29,816 nucleotides of DNA, taken from IMG/VR virus record IMGVR_UViG_3300042731_009409, positions 1 to 29,816 of that record, one strand, 5' to 3'. The notes beneath the pieces were generated by a model that saw only the letters and a list, made by a program, of their open reading frames with translations, had not been told where the DNA came from and made no database searches. The translations under genes were made by a program, and so were the position numbers. The stretch comes from a virus. Positions within the stretch are counted from its first letter, which is position 1. Each line of letters opens with the position of its first letter. Positions 26,180 through 29,816 of this stretch are shown piece by piece.

Positions 26180-28339
26180 CTAATCATTCGGATTAACAAT
26201 CGTTATTGTTAATGTTCCAGCAACTGGCAATTCTCTACTCTGTAGAGTTGTGTCTGTTGCTGGCGTGCTTATGTCAACTTTTGTAATATTAGAACTTATA
26301 TTAAATATTTCATGATTTATTTTGCTAACAGGAACCGTTCCGCCAAAATCCCACAAATAATTTCCACTATCATCTTTTGCTTCCGGTTGTAAAATTTGAT
26401 AAAGTTTGTTTTCAACTTCCTCTTCATCAACATCACCATAAACAGTTGCCGTAACATTTATAGTTTTTTGAGTATAATTTACAGCGGTAACTTCTTGATT
26501 TGAAACCAAATGTTTTTCTACAATTGGGTTCGAATATTTGTTTCCATTAAAGTATTCTTCGATAGAATTTATTTGGCTATTGCTGGCCAAACCACCTCCA
26601 CTTGCGACAACAACAAGCTCGATTGTTTTTGGCCCAAATCCTTCTTCGATTGCTAAAGATCTCGAAAAAGGAGAAGCGCCATCAGAATCGGTATAATTTT
26701 CTGTAAGATATTCAACGTCATCTGGGCCAATTGCAACGGTCTTTGTTCTTAATGAATAAGGACCTTTTATTTTTGCTTCCTCCAAACTCTCATCGGTAGA
26801 ACCTTCTGCTATTTTCCACCCAGTGGCCGTTCTTGGGTTCCACAATCTGTTTATATAAGTCAAGCCTGTCTTATCTATATCTATTGTTTCATAGCCTACA
26901 TTTCCGCTTATATTTGCACCATAGCGATAAGTTATTGCAATATTACCAGCGCCAACTGGTGGAACAAGGCCTTTTCCATTTCCGCCAAACTTTATTGTTG
27001 CTCTATCGTTTTCGCCAAGCTCGACAACATAATGTTTAGACGCATTACTACTGTTTAAAAAATTATCAACCCTGGTCCATTCATCACTGTCAACCGTAAC
27101 TGTTTCGCTGTCCCACAAAAAATAATCTTTTGAGGTTTCAAAACTCTGGTTAGCTAAACCAGTTGAGGAACCAAGTGGATTTTCGGTATATGTTCTGCCT
27201 TGTGTAACATTTCTTAAAACATATTGTTTTCCTTCGTCCAAGGTTACTTTCTGAAAAACTGGCGCGGTTGGTGTGTTTACATAAATTATTCTAAATCTAA
27301 TCCAATAAGCCGTTTTATCATCTATTTCTTTTGTCGTCCAGTCTTGAGTTATTGTTTGTGGAAGTGTATAAGACACATTTCCTTCCACTGTTAAATCACT
27401 AGTTGTATCTGTAATTTCTAATATTGTCCAATCCGATCCGACTGTATAATCATTTTCTTCAGTTGACGGCGTTGTTTGTCCCAACAAACCAGTTGTTGTG
27501 ATTATGTTTTCAGAACCATTCCAAGTAGAATAAAGATCTTCATAGGCGGTTGACGAATTTAATTGCACTCTTACCAAAGTCCCTTGGCGATTGCTTGTTC
27601 CTAGCAAAGATGTTAAATCTATTTCCAAGTTTGGTCCAAGATCTGTTATGCTAGTTGGTTGCGTTTTTCTGTATTCTCCGTCATAAAATTCCCAAACGCC
27701 AGTTATATTTGCCATTGCTGTTGTTAATGTGATTCCAATTTTGTCCCACATTATTTGTTTGTGTCCAAAATAAACACAATCTTTTGATGCTGGAGTTGAC
27801 CAGGGGGACCAATCGTCAGCAGGCGTTGTATCACTGTTTGCTTCCGTTGTATAATCTGTAAAACTTCCAGATTCTTCGCCCAATACATAACTGTATTGGT
27901 CTGTTCTATCCGTTATTGTCAAAGATTCCAAAGCTTCAAAATATACAGAATCTGAGTCGTCAGTTCTTTTCGTAGAAGCTTGGGCGTTTTCAGGCACTAT
28001 CAAAGTTGATGTTGTAAAAACCCTAGATAATTCATAAACTAAATCCGTTTGTGCTGGTGTTGCTGTATCAAGCTCATAATCTATTAGGCGCAACATGTTT
28101 CTGACAGTTTCTGTCAGAACGGCTGTTTTAAGAGTATTTTCATTGGCCAAAACATCTAAATTAACATTGTTTAAATGCCCAACAAGTGAAAAAGCTCTTA
28201 ACAATTGTATAGAGGGTTCGACGTCTGATTCATCTGTAAGTTCAGGCAAATTTACTCTTTTATACTGAACCAAAGCTTCTAAAATTTCACCATAATAAAA
28301 TGATGCAAAATTAAAATCTGGTATTGTTATTGTGCTCAT
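26180..28339 (-). CDS. baseplate J-like wedge protein (T4 gp6 / P2 gpJ family)
   Basis: LPELTDESDVEP, LIDYEL, LGSSTGLANQSF, IKFGGNGKGLVPP, ITYRYG...GNV, TDESLEEAK, AIGPDD. Confidence 0.92.
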   Translation of the reverse strand: MSTITIPDFNFASFYYGEILEALVQYKRVNLPELTDESDVEPSIQLLRAFSLVGHLNNVNLDVLANENTLKTAVLTETVRNMLRLIDYELDTATPAQTDLVYELSRVFTTSTLIVPENAQASTKRTDDSDSVYFEALESLTITDRTDQYSYVLGEESGSFTDYTTEANSDTTPADDWSPWSTPASKDCVYFGHKQIMWDKIGITLTTAMANITGVWEFYDGEYRKTQPTSITDLGPNLEIDLTSLLGTSNRQGTLVRVQLNSSTAYEDLYSTWNGSENIITTTGLLGQTTPSTEENDYTVGSDWTILEITDTTSDLTVEGNVSYTLPQTITQDWTTKEIDDKTAYWIRFRIIYVNTPTAPVFQKVTLDEGKQYVLRNVTQGRTYTENPLGSSTGLANQSFETSKDYFLWDSETVTVDSDEWTRVDNFLNSSNASKHYVVELGENDRATIKFGGNGKGLVPPVGAGNIAITYRYGANISGNVGYETIDIDKTGLTYINRLWNPRTATGWKIAEGSTDESLEEAKIKGPYSLRTKTVAIGPDDVEYLTENYTDSDGASPFSRSLAIEEGFGPKTIELVVVASGGGLASNSQINSIEEYFNGNKYSNPIVEKHLVSNQEVTAVNYTQKTINVTATVYGDVDEEEVENKLYQILQPEAKDDSGNYLWDFGGTVPVSKINHEIFNISSNITKVDISTPATDTTLQSRELPVAGTLTITIVNPND

Positions 28340-28343
28340 TTAT

Positions 28344-28718
28344 CTATGCTCCTGAATTAAATTTGTATTCATACGTGTTTGGTTCATCACTTTCCAGATT
28401 AAGGTATCTAAAACTCAAGGCTGACTCACCATCTTCCGAATTCCATTTAAAAGTGTTTTTCAATAGCTTAAATCTTTTTTGTCTTTCCAATTTTTCAAAT
28501 ATTTCTACAATTGTGGTTATTATTTTCGACCTAATTAATTCGTTGTCAACGTTAAAAATCATATCAATACCAAGCGTAATATCTTGTTGAAATGCATTTT
28601 CGTTTTCCCCAGATGCAAGATATAGCATTATTGTTTGTTGATCGTTTTCATCGCCAGTAACAGTTTCTAAACCACCCCTGGAGTTTATACTAAACGGAAC
28701 TTTCAAACCTTTTGGCAT
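28344..28718 (-). CDS. baseplate wedge subunit, gp25/GPW-like
   Basis: GLKVPF..RGGL, SGEN, EKLERQKRF. 124 aa, immediately upstream of J. Confidence 0.75.
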   Translation of the reverse strand: MPKGLKVPFSINSRGGLETVTGDENDQQTIMLYLASGENENAFQQDITLGIDMIFNVDNELIRSKIITTIVEIFEKLERQKRFKLLKNTFKWNSEDGESALSFRYLNLESDEPNTYEYKFNSGA

Positions 28719-28727
28719 TATAAAACC

Positions 28728-29213
28728 TCACAAAATTGGTGTATCTACGCCGGGTGCAGGACCTATTTTTGCAATACCGCCAAGTTGTAAAGGATGTAAA
28801 ACGGCCGATATTGCGTTCCAACAATCTGCTTTGCTTAATCCGCCCTCCTTATTTGATGTAAAAACAGGTTGTAAGGAAGCATTTATTGTTGCTAAATTTA
28901 CCGGTGGAACTACGGCAATTAAAGGCGGAACCGTTGTCCATATTGTCAAAAAAACAGTTGCTACTGAAGACCAAAAAGCAGTTATCCCGTTTTGTATTGC
29001 TGTGCCAGCATTAGAGCTTGCCCCAACCATTGCAGATTTTAATGCTGTAGAACAAACCGCTAAACAGCCAGGATTGACCGGTATTGTTGCAACCGTTGAT
29101 TCATAAAAATAATTCTCAAATGCATCTGCAAAATTATTAATTCCTTTTGCTTCGGTATTTACCGGTTCCATATTGTTTGTAAATTCTTGTGACATTTTAG
29201 CAGATGTTAACAT
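28728..29213 (-). CDS. hypothetical baseplate-region protein
   Basis: 161 aa Ala-rich ORF between the spike and gp25-like genes. Confidence 0.7.
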   Translation of the reverse strand: MLTSAKMSQEFTNNMEPVNTEAKGINNFADAFENYFYESTVATIPVNPGCLAVCSTALKSAMVGASSNAGTAIQNGITAFWSSVATVFLTIWTTVPPLIAVVPPVNLATINASLQPVFTSNKEGGLSKADCWNAISAVLHPLQLGGIAKIGPAPGVDTPIL

Positions 29214-29214
29214 A

Positions 29215-29535
29215 TCAATTATCCAACGGGCACTCTGGCCATATAGAAATGCTTGGTATGGACGGAATGGATGGTAACCCTATACTTGGTATGGGTAGAG
29301 AAATAGTTGGCAATGTCGGAACAATAGGGCCTATGGGAAGGGTTGGAACAGACGGTATAGACGGAATAGAGGGCAACCCTATACTCGGTGTGGGTAGAGA
29401 GATAGACGGAATAGAGGGCACTATAGGTCCTATTGGCAAAGTTGGCGGTGAAGGTATAGACGGAATAGATGGTAACTCTATACTTGGTATAGGCAGAGAA
29501 ATAGACGGTAATGTTGGAAAATTACATTTTGTCAT
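29215..29535 (-). CDS. Pro/Ser/Ile-rich protein with 33-aa tandem repeats
   Basis: ATG 29535 overlaps the spike stop (ATGA). MTKCNFP...WPECPLDN. The 99-nt period is anchored by TATACT(T/C)GGT at 29281, 29380 and 29479. Confidence 0.7.
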   Translation of the reverse strand: MTKCNFPTLPSISLPIPSIELPSIPSIPSPPTLPIGPIVPSIPSISLPTPSIGLPSIPSIPSVPTLPIGPIVPTLPTISLPIPSIGLPSIPSIPSISIWPECPLDN

Positions 29536-29816
29536 GATCCTACCTTGCAATTTGCACTCAATACGGTTGCTTGAAGTGTTGACATTAACGGCAAAGGCGG
29601 GCCAGATGGTCCAAAAGCAGTTGCATGGGTGTGTATATCAAAACATGTCGTCATAAAAGTATCACCCTTTACGACCCTATCCGTTGCACCATCAAGTAAA
29701 TTTACAGTTGCTGTTTTCAACGTAGCGTCAGAACCCATTGCAACAACATTCCCTTGCGAGACGATTTGTATTACACCGTCTTTCATTTCGATAAAGTTTC
29801 CATTTTTATCAACAAC
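29532..29816 (-). CDS. baseplate central spike (gpV/gp45/gp138-like), C-terminal part (truncated by window)
   Basis: Frame is open to the window end. VVKGD and the HxH apex motif HTHATAFGPSGPP. Confidence 0.8.
   Translation of the reverse strand, partial: VVDKNGNFIEMKDGVIQIVSQGNVVAMGSDATLKTATVNLLDGATDRVVKGDTFMTTCFDIHTHATAFGPSGPPLPLMSTLQATVLSANCKVGS

Noticed and set aside
29204-29656. + strand ORF with collagen-like G-x-x repeats
   Set aside because: It is the antisense shadow of the Pro-rich gene (CCN read as GG on the other strand). It runs against the - strand operon, has an interrupted triplet register and no convincing start.
1-29816. Stop-codon reassignment (TAG or TGA recoding)
   Set aside because: Long conserved genes are uninterrupted in the standard code, and TAA, TAG and TGA all end genes right before the next RBS or start.

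Overview
AT-rich, densely coding segment of a tailed phage genome with contractile-tail (myovirus-like) features, read in the standard code. Two gene arms converge at 14668/14670. The + arm (1-14668) carries recombination/replication genes (Rad50/SbcC-like ATPase end, RuvC-like resolvase, 5'-3' flap exonuclease, family-4 uracil-DNA glycosylase, phage Dam-type methyltransferase) and thymidylate-supply genes (COG4112-type Nudix, ThyX, dTMP kinase). It also holds many small ORFs, two membrane HExxH proteins, a lysozyme-fold candidate and a pentapeptide-repeat protein. The - arm (14670-29816) carries the baseplate spike end, gp25-like, J-like and I-like wedge proteins, about seven putative fibre/receptor-binding proteins (three are tandem paralogues) and a holin/spanin-like cassette with no adjacent endolysin. 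The most notable points are non-canonical motifs in ThyX and Tmk, the RBP triplet, a domain shared by baseplate J and the long fibre, a GATC-dense homogenised repeat tract, and a repeat-bounded cluster of putative envelope enzymes. No tRNA, rRNA, CRISPR array, integrase or reverse transcriptase was recognised. All calls come from motif reading by eye, with no database searches.
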